Positions 11,784 through 23,645 of a DNA stretch of 64,000 nucleotides are shown here, one piece after another. Below the pieces are notes generated by a model. The model did no database searches, had not been told where the DNA came from, and saw only the letters and a program-made list of their open reading frames with translations. Every line of letters begins with the position of its first letter. Position 1 is the first letter of the stretch. The translations under genes and the position numbers were made by a program. Source of the stretch: Octopus sinensis (Eukaryota); contig NC_043024.1 of assembly GCF_006345805.1 (NCBI RefSeq), positions 4,154,001-4,218,000 of the forward strand, read 5' to 3'.

Positions 11784-12165
11784 GGCGCAGGAGTGGCTGT
11801 GTGGTAAGTAGCTTGCTTACCAACCACATGGTTCCGGGTTCAGTCCCACTGCGTGGCACCTTGGGCAAGTGTCTTCTGCTATAGCCTCGGGCCGACCAAA
11901 GCCTTGTGAGTGGATTTGGTAGGCGGAAACTGAAAAGAAGCCTGTCGTATATATGTATATATATATATGTATGCATGTGTGTTTGTGTTTGTCCCCCTAG
12001 CATTGCTGGTGTGTTTACCTCCCCGTTACTTAGCGGTTCGGCAAAAGAGACCGATAGAATAAGTCCTGAGCTTACAAAAAGAACAAGTCCCGGGGTCGAT
12101 TTGCTGGACTAAAGGCGGTGCTGCAGCATGGCCGCAGTCAAATGACTGAAACAAGTAAAAGAGTA
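11784..12165 (+). mobile_element. SINE family A
   Basis: Head and tail both present. Confidence 0.9.
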
Positions 12166-12779
12166 TATGCAGGAGATGGTTTGTTGAAAACATTCTCTAG
12201 AAATAGAAAAAGGACAAATTACAGAAAAAAAAAATTATGTAAAAAATGTGTGACAAAATACTTCAGCTTTTAAGTTGGAGTGTAAATTCAATTGTTTCAT
12301 AAAAACATCTTATAAAATTTAAATAAAAATTTATTTATGATATTTTCAAAATAATTTCTGTAACAAAATATTTAATAAAATTGTGACATGTAAAAACACC
12401 ATTTGAGCGTGATCGTTACCTGCGTTGCCTTACTGGCACTTGTGTCGGTGGCACGTGAAAAGACATTTGAGCGAGGTCGTTGCCAGTGCCGCTGGACTGG
12501 CTCCTGCGCAGGTGGCACATAAAAAGCACCATTTGAGCATGGCCATTGCCAGTACCGCTTGACTGGCTCTCATGCCAGTGGCACGTAAAAGCACCCACTA
12601 CACTCTCGGAGTGGTTGGCATTAGGAAGGGCATCCAGCTGTAGAAACACTGCCAGATCAGACTAATACTCTGTGAGTGTAGTGGGTGCTTTTTACATACC
12701 ACCTGGCAGCGGCCATGATCGGTTGGTGCTTTTTACGTGCCACTTGCACAGAAGCCAGTCAAGTCGGTGCTGGCATTGG

Positions 12780-12813
<34 letters not shown>

Positions 12814-13182
12814 GAGTTTAAAGGGATATATTATCCTGGTGGTTACCATGTTTCCTCTTAATTCACTTTCAGATGCTGGCTAAGTGCAACGGTCCTTTCA
12901 TGATTCCCAAGCTAACAGTAAGTTGCCAAGCTCTGGTAACTTTTCTCGCTGGGTAAATCCGAGAATCCTGTTCAAGAATGCATGATTTCTGTAGCGTAAG
13001 TAATAATATTCAAAACGATAAGGAGAATGGAGATTTCTGACATCCGTAATTTTATTTAACAGTTATTTGCATCATCTTTACAAGATCTACATGTGTTTCA
13101 ACTGCAGTGACTGCACACTGTTAGATATGCAACTTGGTGTCATGGTCGGTGCAGTTTCTCCAGGGTCTTTATCCTCTGCCTA

Positions 13183-14050
13183 GAAAAACGACGACGCCGT
13201 GGTGATCTCATTCTTGCTCACAACATCATAAGCGGAAAGTGTAACCTCTCGAGAGCTGTTCTTCACTCCTGCTCCAGAGCGTAGGCTGCGGGGTCACTCC
13301 GAAAAGCGCTATCTGCGACGATTTCATCTCAATCGAAGGAGAGTGGCTTTCTCCGTCCGGGTTGCAGATCCGTGGAATAAGCTGCCGGAGATAGTGAAGA
13401 TGCCGACGACCGCTCGGTTCAAAGTCTCCCTTGACCACAAATGGCCTGAACTCTTTGCATGAACACCACCCTATACATAACTCCATGTCCCCCTACATGG
13501 CCTCACAACATCATAAGCGGAAAGTGTAACCTCTCGAAAGAGCTGTTCTTCACTCCTGCGGGGATCACTCCGAAAAGCTCTATCTGCGACGATTTCATCT
13601 CAATCGAAGGAGAGAGGCTTTCTCCGTCCGGGTTGCAGATCCGTGGAATAAGCTGCCGGACGAGATAGTGAAGATGCCGACGACCAGAAATGGCCTGAAC
13701 TCTTTGTATGACCACCTTCCCCATACATAACTCTCTGTCCCCCAACATGGCCTCACAGCATCATAAGCGGAAAGTGTAACCTCTCGAAAGAGCTGTTCTT
13801 CACTCTTGCTCCAGAGCGTCGGCTGCGGGGTGACTCCGAAAAGCTCTGTCTGCAACGATTTCATCTTAATCGAAGGAGAGGGGCTTTCTCCGTCCGGGTT
13901 GCGGATCCGTGGAAGAAGATGCCGACGACCGCTCGGTTCAAAGTCTCCCTTGACCAGAAATGGCCTGAACTCTTTGCATGAACACCACCCTGTACATAAC
14001 TCCATGTCCCCCTACATGGCCTTGCTTTTTGCTTTTTGAGCCAAAATATT
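13183..14050 (+). mobile_element. Three tandem CR1-like LINE 3' ends (family 1)
   Basis: LEKRRRRGDLI...RGHSEKL...FSVRVADPWNKLP...FK..LD, repeated three times. Confidence 0.85.
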
Positions 14051-14344
14051 AACTAACTAACATTTCAAATGCACCAACCCAATATAATGAAATATTAGGA
14101 ATTGTATAAAAGAAATAAAAATATTTTGTGTATTGTAGAAGTAAAACTGATTTACTGCACGTAATTTTTAACAAATGTAGGAGTGGCTGTGTGGTAAGTA
14201 GCTTGCTTACGAACCACATGGTTTCGGGTTCAGTCCCACTGCATGGCACCTTGGGCAAGTGTCTTCTACTATAGCCTCGGGCCGACCAAAGCCTTGTGAG
14301 TGGATTTGGTAGACAGAAACTGAAACAAGCCTGTCATATATATG

Positions 14345-14545
14345 TGTATATATATCACTTTGATCACTTTGACCGACCAGTCCGTCAAGTGTCCATTTGA
14401 CACCGCTGGTCACAGCATGCTGTCCACTCCTCTCTGAATCGCGCCTTTCTCATCCACGTGATCCCAATCGTCCTCTTGAAATCATCACTCCACCGTCGTG
14501 GAGGTCTTCCGGGTGGTCTTTTCCGCTCACGAGGGTACCACTCGA
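14345..14545 (-). mobile_element. RTE-clade LINE 3' end
   Basis: WYPRERKRPPGRPPRRWSDDF...W motif. Confidence 0.8.
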
Positions 14546-14574
<29 letters not shown>

Positions 14575-14582
<8 letters not shown>

Positions 14583-14780
14583 TAATCCAAACAAGAAAGC
14601 ACAAAAAAACACAACAACGCGAGGACATGGAACAAATATAGTATTATTGGATGCTCAGGAAAGAAGGAGGGTTTAACGTTTCGAGCGGAGCTCTTTGTCG
14701 GAAACATAGGAGAAGGAAAGATCCAGGGAAGGGAAGACAGAGGAAAAAATAATCGCCAACGGTACACACGCGGTCACAAT
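14575..14780 (-). mobile_element. Penelope-like terminal fragment with degenerate hammerhead (14671-14706)
   Basis: gttt-CCGACAA-a-gagc-tcc-gctc-GAAAC-GTT-aaac on the minus strand. Confidence 0.5.
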
Positions 14781-15325
14781 ATATGTATGTGTGTCTGTGT
14801 ATGCCCCCCCCCCCCAACATCGCTTGACAACCGATGCTGGTGTGTTTACATCCCCGTAACTTAGTGGTTCGGCAAAAGTGGCCGATAGAATAAGTACTAA
14901 GCTTACAAAGAATAAATCCTGGGGTTCGATTTGCTCGACTAAAGGCGGTGCTCCAGCATGGCCGCAGTCAAATGACTGAAACAAGTAAAAGAGAAAAGAG
15001 AAAGAGAGAAACAAAATCTTATATGGACCGCTAAGGGTCATACGGACCCCCCCTCCCGGGTCAGATGAATCCCGATTAAGGGCCACTGGTCTAAGCCCTG
15101 TATTGAGACAATTTCAATAAACAACATTGTGTTGTGGTTCACTCTTGATCCTCGTTTGTTCTTGGACACTCCGAAATATACAAATTGATTATAATCTAAA
15201 TTTTTGTAAGGTGTTTATGAAATAAAATTCCAGTTTTCTGAAATGTGAATATTTTATTACAAATTACTTTGATTAGATTTTACAGCAATTTATTCCTTTT
15301 TACTTTTATTTGTAAGGAAAATCAT

Positions 15326-15993
15326 GGATCTTTTCGGTTTGAACGGCAGTTTTTAACATAATTTCTAGGTAACTAAAAAATGTTAAACTTCGTGTACTGG
15401 TAGAATGTGTTTATAAAACATCTTTTTCTCTTGGCTTTATTGAGAAAATTCTATAGTTTGTAAGATATTTGTAGTTGTTTTTCTTCAATTTCTGCAATTT
15501 CAACCAATCAATGATGTCTATTGAGGTAAAAAAAAAACCATTCTGTGCCGTATAAAAATGTCCCTCGTTTAAGAAACAGATAGGGTTTATTTACATTTGT
15601 GAAGAAAAAAAAGATACCCTTCCCCCACCCCTAAAACAGATTGAAATGCAATAGATCAATACTAGGGTTATAATTATGGGTGACAATTTCATATGACACC
15701 ACTAGAAAAAACTGCCGTTCAAACCGAAAAGATCCAATTTCTGCAATTTCAACCAATCAATGACCTCCATTGAGGTAAAAAAAAGAAACATTCTGTGTCG
15801 TATGAATATGTCCCTCGTTTAAGAAACAGATTGGGTTTATTTACATTTGTGAAGAAAAAAAAGATACCCTTCCCCCCACCCCTAACCCTAAAACAGATTG
15901 AAGTGCAATAGATCAATACTAGGGTTATAATTATGGGTGACAATTTCATATGACACCGCTAGAAAAAAACTGCCGTTCAAACCGAAAAGATCC
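15326..15993. mobile_element. GGATC-MITE (28-bp TIR ggatcttttcggtttgaacggcagtttt) with a duplicated 3' half
   Basis: TSD aaaatcat/gaaatcat; ends 20 bp from the ZNF3 stop codon. Confidence 0.85.
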
Positions 15994-16012
15994 GAAATCA
16001 TTCCAACGAAAA

Positions 16013-17323
16013 TCATCTCAGTGATATTGTCCTTGTGGTATGTGTTCGTTTGTGACAATTCAAATGACTTTTACAGATAAATGATTTATCGCATGTGTCA
16101 CAATGATACGGCCTTTCCCCGGTGTGACTCCGGATGTGGACAATAAGGTTAGAATTATCGAAGAAAGATTTTCCGCAAATTTCACAGTGGAACGTTTTTT
16201 CACCATCGTGAATTCGTTTGTGTCTTTTTAAATCGCAATTATTAAAATAAGATTTTCCGCATATTTCGCAGTGGAATTCTTTCTTCTCAGTGTGTATAAT
16301 TTTATGCCTTCTCAAATTACTGCTAGAATAGAAATATTTTCCACATATATCGCAATGAGAGGGTTTATCTCCAGTATGAACTTTCTCGTGACCAACAAGA
16401 AGAGATTTATAATAAAAAGCATTTCCGCAGATTTCACATTTGAATTTCTTTTTCCCAGAGTGTATAATATTGTGTCTTCTTAAATTACTCTTGCAGGAGA
16501 AATATTTCCCGCAGATTTCACAGTGGAATGGTTTTTCGCCAGTGTGGACTGTTCTGTGAGCAACAAGATGGGAATTATTAATGAAATATTTACCACAGAT
16601 TTTGCAGTGAAAGGGGTTTTCACCCGTGTGTTTCCGCTGGTGACCCACAAAACGAGAATTGCTAATGAATGATTTTCCGCATATATCACAGCAGTATGTT
16701 TCTTCTCCTCTGTGAAGACGTCTATGATTAACAAGTTTTGAAATATCCACGAAAGATTTTCCACATATATCACAGCAGTATGTTTCTTTTCTGCTGTGAA
16801 GACATCTGTGATTAACGAGTTTTGAAATATCCACGAAAGATTTTCCACATATATCACAGCAGTATGTTTCTTCTCCGCTGTGAAGACGTCTGTGAGTAAC
16901 AAGTTTTGAAATATCCACAAAAGATTTTCCACATATTTCGCAGTGAAATGGTTTTTTGTCGGAGAGCTTTCTTTTCTGAATTCTTAAATAACCATTATTG
17001 ACAAATGGTTTCTCATATATTTCACAGTGGTATTGCCTTTCTCCGTCGTGAATTTTTTTATGATTCGTCAGTGAACTATTATTCACAAATGATTTTCCAC
17101 ACGTGTCACAGTGGGATGGTTTCTCCCCGGTGTGACTACGTTTATGAACAATAAGTTGAGACCTGTAAGTATATAAGTTCCCGCAAATTTCACAATGAAT
17201 ATTTTTCTGTAATGAACTTCGTTTATGAGACAGTGGCTTCTCACTACCAGACGCCTGTTTAACTGAATCTACACTGTCAGAAACGTTTGTGTTAGAAGTG
17301 TCCGAGTGATTACCATCCTCCAT
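16013..17323 (-). CDS. ZNF3: C2H2 zinc-finger protein, 13 fingers plus 1 degenerate
   Basis: ATG 17323; one finger lacks the second Cys and both His (CEIYEKPF...QKRKL); three near-identical VDISKLV fingers. Confidence 0.93.
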   Translation of the reverse strand: MEDGNHSDTSNTNVSDSVDSVKQASGSEKPLSHKRSSLQKNIHCEICGNLYTYRSQLIVHKRSHTGEKPSHCDTCGKSFVNNSSLTNHKKIHDGERQYHCEIYEKPFVNNGYLRIQKRKLSDKKPFHCEICGKSFVDISKLVTHRRLHSGEETYCCDICGKSFVDISKLVNHRCLHSRKETYCCDICGKSFVDISKLVNHRRLHRGEETYCCDICGKSFISNSRFVGHQRKHTGENPFHCKICGKYFINNSHLVAHRTVHTGEKPFHCEICGKYFSCKSNLRRHNIIHSGKKKFKCEICGNAFYYKSLLVGHEKVHTGDKPSHCDICGKYFYSSSNLRRHKIIHTEKKEFHCEICGKSYFNNCDLKRHKRIHDGEKTFHCEICGKSFFDNSNLIVHIRSHTGERPYHCDTCDKSFICKSHLNCHKRTHTTRTISLR

Positions 17324-17408
17324 ATTAACTCTGAAGAAATCTCTCAAAACTGATGTCTGTGGATATAGTCTATAATGGTTCAATTTCCTGTCTTATGATA
17401 TCCATCTC

Positions 17409-17646
17409 TGCGACGATTTCATCTCAATCGAAGGAGAAGAGCTTTCTCCGTCCGGGTTGTGGATCCGTGGAATAAGCTGCCAGATGAGATGGTGAAGATG
17501 CCGTTGACCGTTCGGTTCAAAGTCTCTCTTGACCAGAAATGGCCTGAACTCTTTGCATGAACAGCCTCCCTGTACATAACTCCATGTCCCCCTACACGGC
17601 CTTGCTTTTTGCTTTTTGAGCCAAAAAATTAACTTAATTTAACTTA
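17409..17646 (+). mobile_element. 5'-truncated CR1-like copy (family 1), 85 nt upstream of the ZNF3 ATG
   Basis: Matches the 13.8-14.05 kb copy; flanked by atctc. Confidence 0.85.
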
Positions 17647-17792
17647 ACTATCTCATGGGATTCTGTTTATATGTGTAGGAAATATTCAATGCAGATATAT
17701 TTTCTACATAACACTTAGAGTATCTGTTGCTGGCTGAGGCATTTCCAAGTGGTACACATACTGTAGACAGAAAGACTTTTATATCTATGTTA

Positions 17793-18417
17793 GGTGCTAC
17801 TTTGGTATGTGATCTATGTAGCCAATTTGATCTCCAAGAGTCAAATTCTGCTTTGGTATGCGATCTACATGTTTCATTTATTTGTTATGGCTTAAATAAA
17901 ACATTCTTACATTTATTTAAAAAAATTAAAACGAAGCAGGTTTGAAACAGGTTTACTAATTTTACGGGTGAATCAAACAAACATCAGGTACAAAAGTAAA
18001 AAATAGACGATTAAAATTTTTATACATTTTATACATTTATATGGTGGCACGTAAAAAGCACCAACTGATAGTGGCCACTGCCAGCCTCCCCTGGCACCTG
18101 TGCCGGTGGCACATAAAAAGCACCCACTACACTCACGGAGTGGTTGGCGTTAGGAAGGGCATCCAGCCGTAGAAACACTGCCAGATCAGACTGGAGCCTG
18201 GTGCAGCCTCCTGGCTTCCCAGAACCAAGTCAAACCATCCAACCCGTACTAGCACGGAAAGTGGATGTTAAACGATGATGATGATGATGATGTTCCCTAC
18301 TCTCTATCCATGCTTTCTCTCAAAACCAGTACAAGTGTTTTCCTTGTTCTTGATAAGCATAAATTTTCTTGTTGTAGATCACAAAATAAAGTGTAGATCG
18401 CATAGCGAAGTAGCACC
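17793..18417. mobile_element. GGTGC-MITE with ~24-bp imperfect TIRs and a nested SINE, inserted in the ZNF3 5' leader
   Basis: 8-bp TSD CTATGTTA; paralogs show the empty site. Confidence 0.75.
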
Positions 18418-18475
18418 CTATGTTAATTATTGTGGATAGAGTTAATGGAAGTTACGAAGGCTGAAAACTGCAAGA

Positions 18476-18525
<50 letters not shown>

Positions 18526-19062
18526 AAACGTCCATAAGTGATCAGTAGCAGGTGCTCTGGTGGAATTGGTGTTCTTGTATGACGGGTTGTAATGGAACAT
18601 TCAGCACAACTGAAAGGAAGAAAATATACGACTGTGTAAGATAGATGTTGGAGAAAAGAAATGTGCGTGTATATATATCTATATATATAAAACTGTAGTT
18701 GTGTGAGTGTCTGTCTCCTACGATTTAGATTCCTAACTACTCCCACATTTTGCGGTGCAGTTTAACCAAATTCGGGTATCTCATAGTCGTGATTCATATC
18801 GAGCCCGTCTGGGTATTAGCGCGCGTCTACGATGAGTCTACGATTTTAAAAATAATTTAACATCATTTTTTATTCCATTTTAATGCATAATTTTTCGTGT
18901 GTCGATGGCGGCGGAGTTGGCGTCCATGGTCACAGCTGCACCTGTTTGCTTCTCCCCCTTCTTCCCTCCCTCGTGAAGCTGTGGGGAAGGGAGTGTAAGG
19001 AAATCAACGTCGTAAAGCGTTGTCAGCATGGAAAACGGGCATTAGATAATGGTGATGAAGAT

Positions 19063-19428
19063 TACTCTTTTACTTGTTTCAGTCATTTGACTGCGGCCAT
19101 GCTGGAGCACCGCCTTCAGTCGAGCAAATCGACCCCGGGACTTATTCTATCAGTCTCTTTTGCCGAACTGCTAGTTGACGGGGACATAAACACACCATCA
19201 TCGGTTGTCAAGCAATGCTAGGGGGGACAAACACACACACACATACATATATATATATACATATATACGACAGGCTTCTTTCAGTTTCCGTCTACCAAAT
19301 CCACTCACGAGGCATTGGTCGGCCCGGGGCTATAGCAGAAGACACTTGCCCAAGATGCCATGCAGTGGGACTGAACCCGGAACCATGTGGTTGGTTAGCA
19401 AGCTACTTACCACACAGCCACTCCTGCG
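19063..19428 (-). mobile_element. SINE family A
   Basis: Reverse-complement copy. Confidence 0.9.
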
Positions 19429-19542
19429 CTTGTTAACATATGGTATAAAAGTTTACAATGTCTGTTGTGATGGCAATACAAATAATACACATTTTAGATT
19501 TAAATGTTTCCTGAAAAGTTAAGAAGCCGATGACACATTTGT

Positions 19543-19905
19543 GGTACTACTAGCGAACAGTGGTCCCGGTGCGTGCACTCGCGCTAGCTAGTCGTAAGAA
19601 GTCGATCCTACAACGACTTGTGCGTATGCAAGACTGAATACATATCAAAGAAAATGGGTTTTTTTTAAACAATGTATATAATTTTTTTTACACAAATGAA
19701 ATATTTTTCGAACAAAGTAAATAATTTTTTAAACTAAGTAAATAAATTATTTTTTATAAACAAACTAAGGTTAGGGTTAGGGTTTTAAAAAATTATTCAC
19801 TCTGTTCGAAAAATATTTAACTTTTGTTGTAGGATCGACTACTTACGAGTAGCTAGCGCAGATGCGCGAGTGCGCGCACCGGGACCACTGTTCGCTAGTA
19901 GTACC
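19543..19905. mobile_element. GGTAC/GGCAC-MITE with long GC-rich TIRs and an internal TTAGGG motif
   Basis: TIR ggtactactagcgaacagtggtcccggtgcg; related to 50264-50655; no TSD found. Confidence 0.8.
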
Positions 19906-20029
19906 TCAAAAGTCATTAGAGATGTTTCCCAGCGCCCCAAAATCTTCAACCTAAGGTGATGAATTGTTTTTTTCTTTCCCCCTATTCTCACTTTTACATA
20001 AATATATTTAAGTATAAATAAAATTATCC

Positions 20030-20800
20030 AATTAACGATGTATCGTTGTTTGTCATGAAAAAAAAATTATTTTAATCATCCAGGTGATGGAACACCGACT
20101 TCGATACATCATATCGATCGCTTTAAGTTGTTATTAATAAACATCAACGCTCACCTTAATTACTACAACACAAGATAATTAAATTACCTGAAATCTATTC
20201 TAAGTTGGCCGGGTTGTTGATAATTTCTCTCTACTTTGAATGAAACTACCGGTGATATAAATGAAATGTCCCTTACATAATTTAGTACAGTCAGTCACAC
20301 CCCTTATTCTTTGATCGATATACTGTCTATGGCAGTACTTTTCAAACTTTTTGCTGGAGCGAAACCCCAAGGAAACATTCCACTGGCTCGGGGAACCCCT
20401 GTGCAATAATTTAATAGTCTTATGCACACATATCTGCCGCAGGAGAATTAAAAATTACTGCCGATTTTAGCAGTTTTGTAACTTCTTGCGGAACCCCTGG
20501 ACTGTATTGGCGGAACCCTGGTTGAAAACCACTGGTCTATGGTATAAATAAAAAAATACAGTACTCAACCGAATCATTATTGTCGTTTGAATAAATATTG
20601 CTGGTAAATATTAGAGAAAACAGGGGAATTCAAAGTGGGAACGTGTGAAAATGACGAATACAAACTAATTAACTTAGCATTTCTGAAACGAGTAAGAAAG
20701 TTTTTAAAAAATATGGTTAAACATTCATTCACCACTAACTTGTTTACCTTATTCAAATTGGATTTGGATTTTTATATTTTGAATATTGGACATTCCGTCT
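20030..20800 (-). promoter_or_regulatory. ZNF3 upstream module, donor CAG|GTAATT at 20187
   Basis: Shares aattacctgaaa, accggtga and aaatgtccc motifs with the other modules; interrupted by a hAT MITE. Confidence 0.55.
20333..20534. mobile_element. hAT-type MITE
   Basis: CAGT...ACTG termini; 8-bp TSD GTCTATGG. Confidence 0.85.
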
Positions 20801-20815
20801 GAGCAAAGAAAAAAA

Positions 20816-21481
20816 GGATCTTTTCGGTTTGAACGGCAGTTTTTAACATAATTTCTAGGTAACTAAAAAATTTTAAACTTCGTATACTGGTAGAATGTGT
20901 TTATAAAACATCTTTTTCTCTTGGCTTTATTGAGAAAATTCTATGGTTTGTAAGATATTTGTTGTTTTTTCTTCAATTTCTGCAATTTCAACCAATCAAT
21001 GACGTCTATTGAGGTAAAAAAAAACACATTCTGTGCCGTATGAATATGTCCCTCGTTTAAGAAACAGATTGGGTTTATTTACATTTGTGAAGAAAAAAAG
21101 ATACCCTTCCCCCACCCCTAACCCTAAAACAGATTGAAATGCAATAGATTGATACTAGGGTCATAATTATGGGTGACAATTTCATATGACACCGCTAGAA
21201 AAAACTGCCTTTCAAACGGAAAAGATCCAATTTCTGTAATTTCAACCAATCAGTGACGTCTATTGAGGTAAAAAAACATTCTGTGCCGTATGAATATGTC
21301 CCTCGTTTAAGAAACAGATTGGGTTTATTTACATTTCTGAAGAAAAAAAAGATACCCTTCCCCCCACCCCTAACTCTAAAACAGATTGAAATGCAATGGA
21401 TCGATACTAGGGTCATAATTATGGGTGATAATTTCATATGACACCGCTAGAAAAAAACTGCCGTTCAAACCGAAAAGATCC
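20816..21481. mobile_element. GGATC-MITE with a duplicated 3' half
   Basis: Same TIRs and same internal junction as 15326-15993; no clear TSD. Confidence 0.85.
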
Positions 21482-21696
21482 TTCTACGCTTGCCATGCTC
21501 ACTTGTTCCATTGTAATTTGGTATCCACAGTGGTGGGGGTCACTCGTTATCGATCCCATTGCCCTTCGTATTCCATTTGTCCTGTTTTTCCTTCCCCCCA
21601 CTCGTTTTTGCTTTCTCTTTCTCTCCAACTTCAACCCCCGTCTTCTTTGTCCCCTAACCATACATCTACTCTGGTATTGACATTGTATTTGCCCAA

Positions 21697-22264
21697 CTCT
21701 TTTACTTGCTTCAGTCATTTGACTGCGGCCATGCTGGAGCACTGCCTTTAGTCGAGCAAATCGACCCCCAGGACTTATTCTTTGTAAGCCTAGTACTTAT
21801 TCTATCGGTGTCTGTTGCCAAACCGCTAAGTTACGGGGACGTAAACACACCAGCATCGGTTGTCAAGCAATGTTGGGAGGACAAACACAGACACACATAC
21901 ATATGCATGTATATATATATATGACGGGCTTCTTTCAGTTTCCGTCTACCAAATCCACTCACAAGGCATTGGTCGGCCCAAGGCTATAGTAGAAGACACT
22001 TGCCCAAGGTGCCACACAGTGGGACTGAACCCAGAACCATGTGGTTGGTAAGCAAGCTACTTACCACACAGCCACTCCTGCGCCTATATATATACATATA
22101 TACGACGGGCTTCTTTCAGTTTCCGTCTACCAAATCCACTCAAAAAGGCTTTGGTCAGCCCGAGGCTATAGTAGAAGACACTTGCCCAAGGTGCCACGCA
22201 GTGGGATTGAACCCGGAACCATGTGGTTCGTAAGCAAGCTACTTACCACACAGCCACTCCTACA
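21697..22264 (-). mobile_element. SINE family A plus a duplicated head
   Basis: Full copy 21697-22083, extra head 22090-22264. Confidence 0.9.
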
Positions 22265-22884
22265 TCCAATCCATCTTTCCACAATTTATTTTCTTTTTTA
22301 TCTTTATACTTTCTGTTTCCTCCCTGTATAAGCAAAATACAAAGTCTAGCATGACTGCACCTTTGATTCAGGTCTGAAAAAAGTGCTACTTTAATATTTC
22401 CAACTGCAAATATTACATAAATTTTCACTTGGAACTTTTGTGTGAACTGGTGCTGAAAAAATGAGTTGGTACAAGAGCAATAAAAGACGTGATAAAATCT
22501 TTGTCGTATTTAGATTACATTTCACTCTTCGCTAAACGTACACAATGGTTTTTACTGCTGTGAAACCTGAGGAATTTTGATCTTCCTTAAGACTATAACC
22601 CAAAAGTGTAGATAGCTTTTCTAGGATGCATTAGGGGACAATAAAAGTAAAACAGAAAATACTAGGTTTACGTATTTAGAATAACGCTTTTATTTCCTCC
22701 GTATCTATTCATACACAAGTTTATAATTCCCAACTGTTTTTGTAAAAGAGTGTCCTGGGTTCAGTCCCACCATGTAGCGCTGTGAGCAAGTGTCTTCTAC
22801 TATAGCCTCGGTCCAACACAAACCTTGTATTTCTCTAGAAATTTCATGTCTAATTTTATGTTTGGGTTTTCCAATCATGCTTAA

Positions 22885-23331
22885 CCCTTTCGTTACCAAC
22901 CCGGCCAAAACCGGCTCTGTAGTACAAATGCCTTGTTTTCATAAGTTTTGCATCAAAATATACCACCAAACTTTAGTCGCAATTTATATTCTTAATACTA
23001 GCTTAATGATAATTAAGTTAAGAAATATTGAATTTCTAAATCTCTCGTAGAGACATGTATGGTGGTGGGGCGATAGAATGGTTGTATACTGTCAATCTAA
23101 CAAGAACGTGACAGTAGGGGGTACACCACCGCTGTATAGCCCTAGCTATCAGGAGGCGTTCGATGCTTCCTAGGGCTATACAGCGGTGGTGTACCCCCTA
23201 CTGTCACGTTCTTGTTAGATTGACAGTATACAACCATTCGATAATTAAGTTATTTTACTAAATTCTTTGTTATATTTAAAATAATTGAAAGAAACACAGA
23301 ACATCTCAAAATAAATACAGTAACGAAAGGG
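22885..23331. mobile_element. piggyBac-type MITE with a nested insertion
   Basis: TTAA|CCCTTTCGTTAC ... GTAACGAAAGGG|TTAA; empty site in the paralogous 3' region at ~45550. Confidence 0.9.
23019..23239 (-). mobile_element. Unclassified hairpin element (70-bp perfect inverted arms plus ~55-bp one-sided tail)
   Basis: 13-bp TSD GATAATTAAGTTA; arms 23076-23145 / 23170-23239. Confidence 0.7.
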
Positions 23332-23645
23332 TTAATAATAAAGTGTTTATAAGAAATTTTTACGATAAATAACACTGAAGACATGGTTTTTTTTTCCAGG
23401 ATGCATTAGGGGACAAGAAAAATAAAACAGAAAATACAAGGTTTACATATTTAGAATAACGCTTTTATTTCCTCCGTATCTTTTCACACACAAGTTTATA
23501 ATTCCCAACTGTTTTTGTAAAAGAGTGTCTCACATATCAAGGTACATTGTAAACTGCAATACAAGTTTTCAAAGAGAAACAATTCCAAAGTAATTCACCA
23601 TAATAAATCTCCAATGAATACTAAGTGTTACAAAGAAAGTATTTC

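Noticed and set aside
12800-13180. Possible RTE reverse-transcriptase remnant on the minus strand (FLNRILGF...)
   Set aside because: Too degenerate to support without an alignment
19768-19785. Interstitial telomere or fusion scar
   Set aside because: Only 2-3 TTAGGG units, inside a MITE
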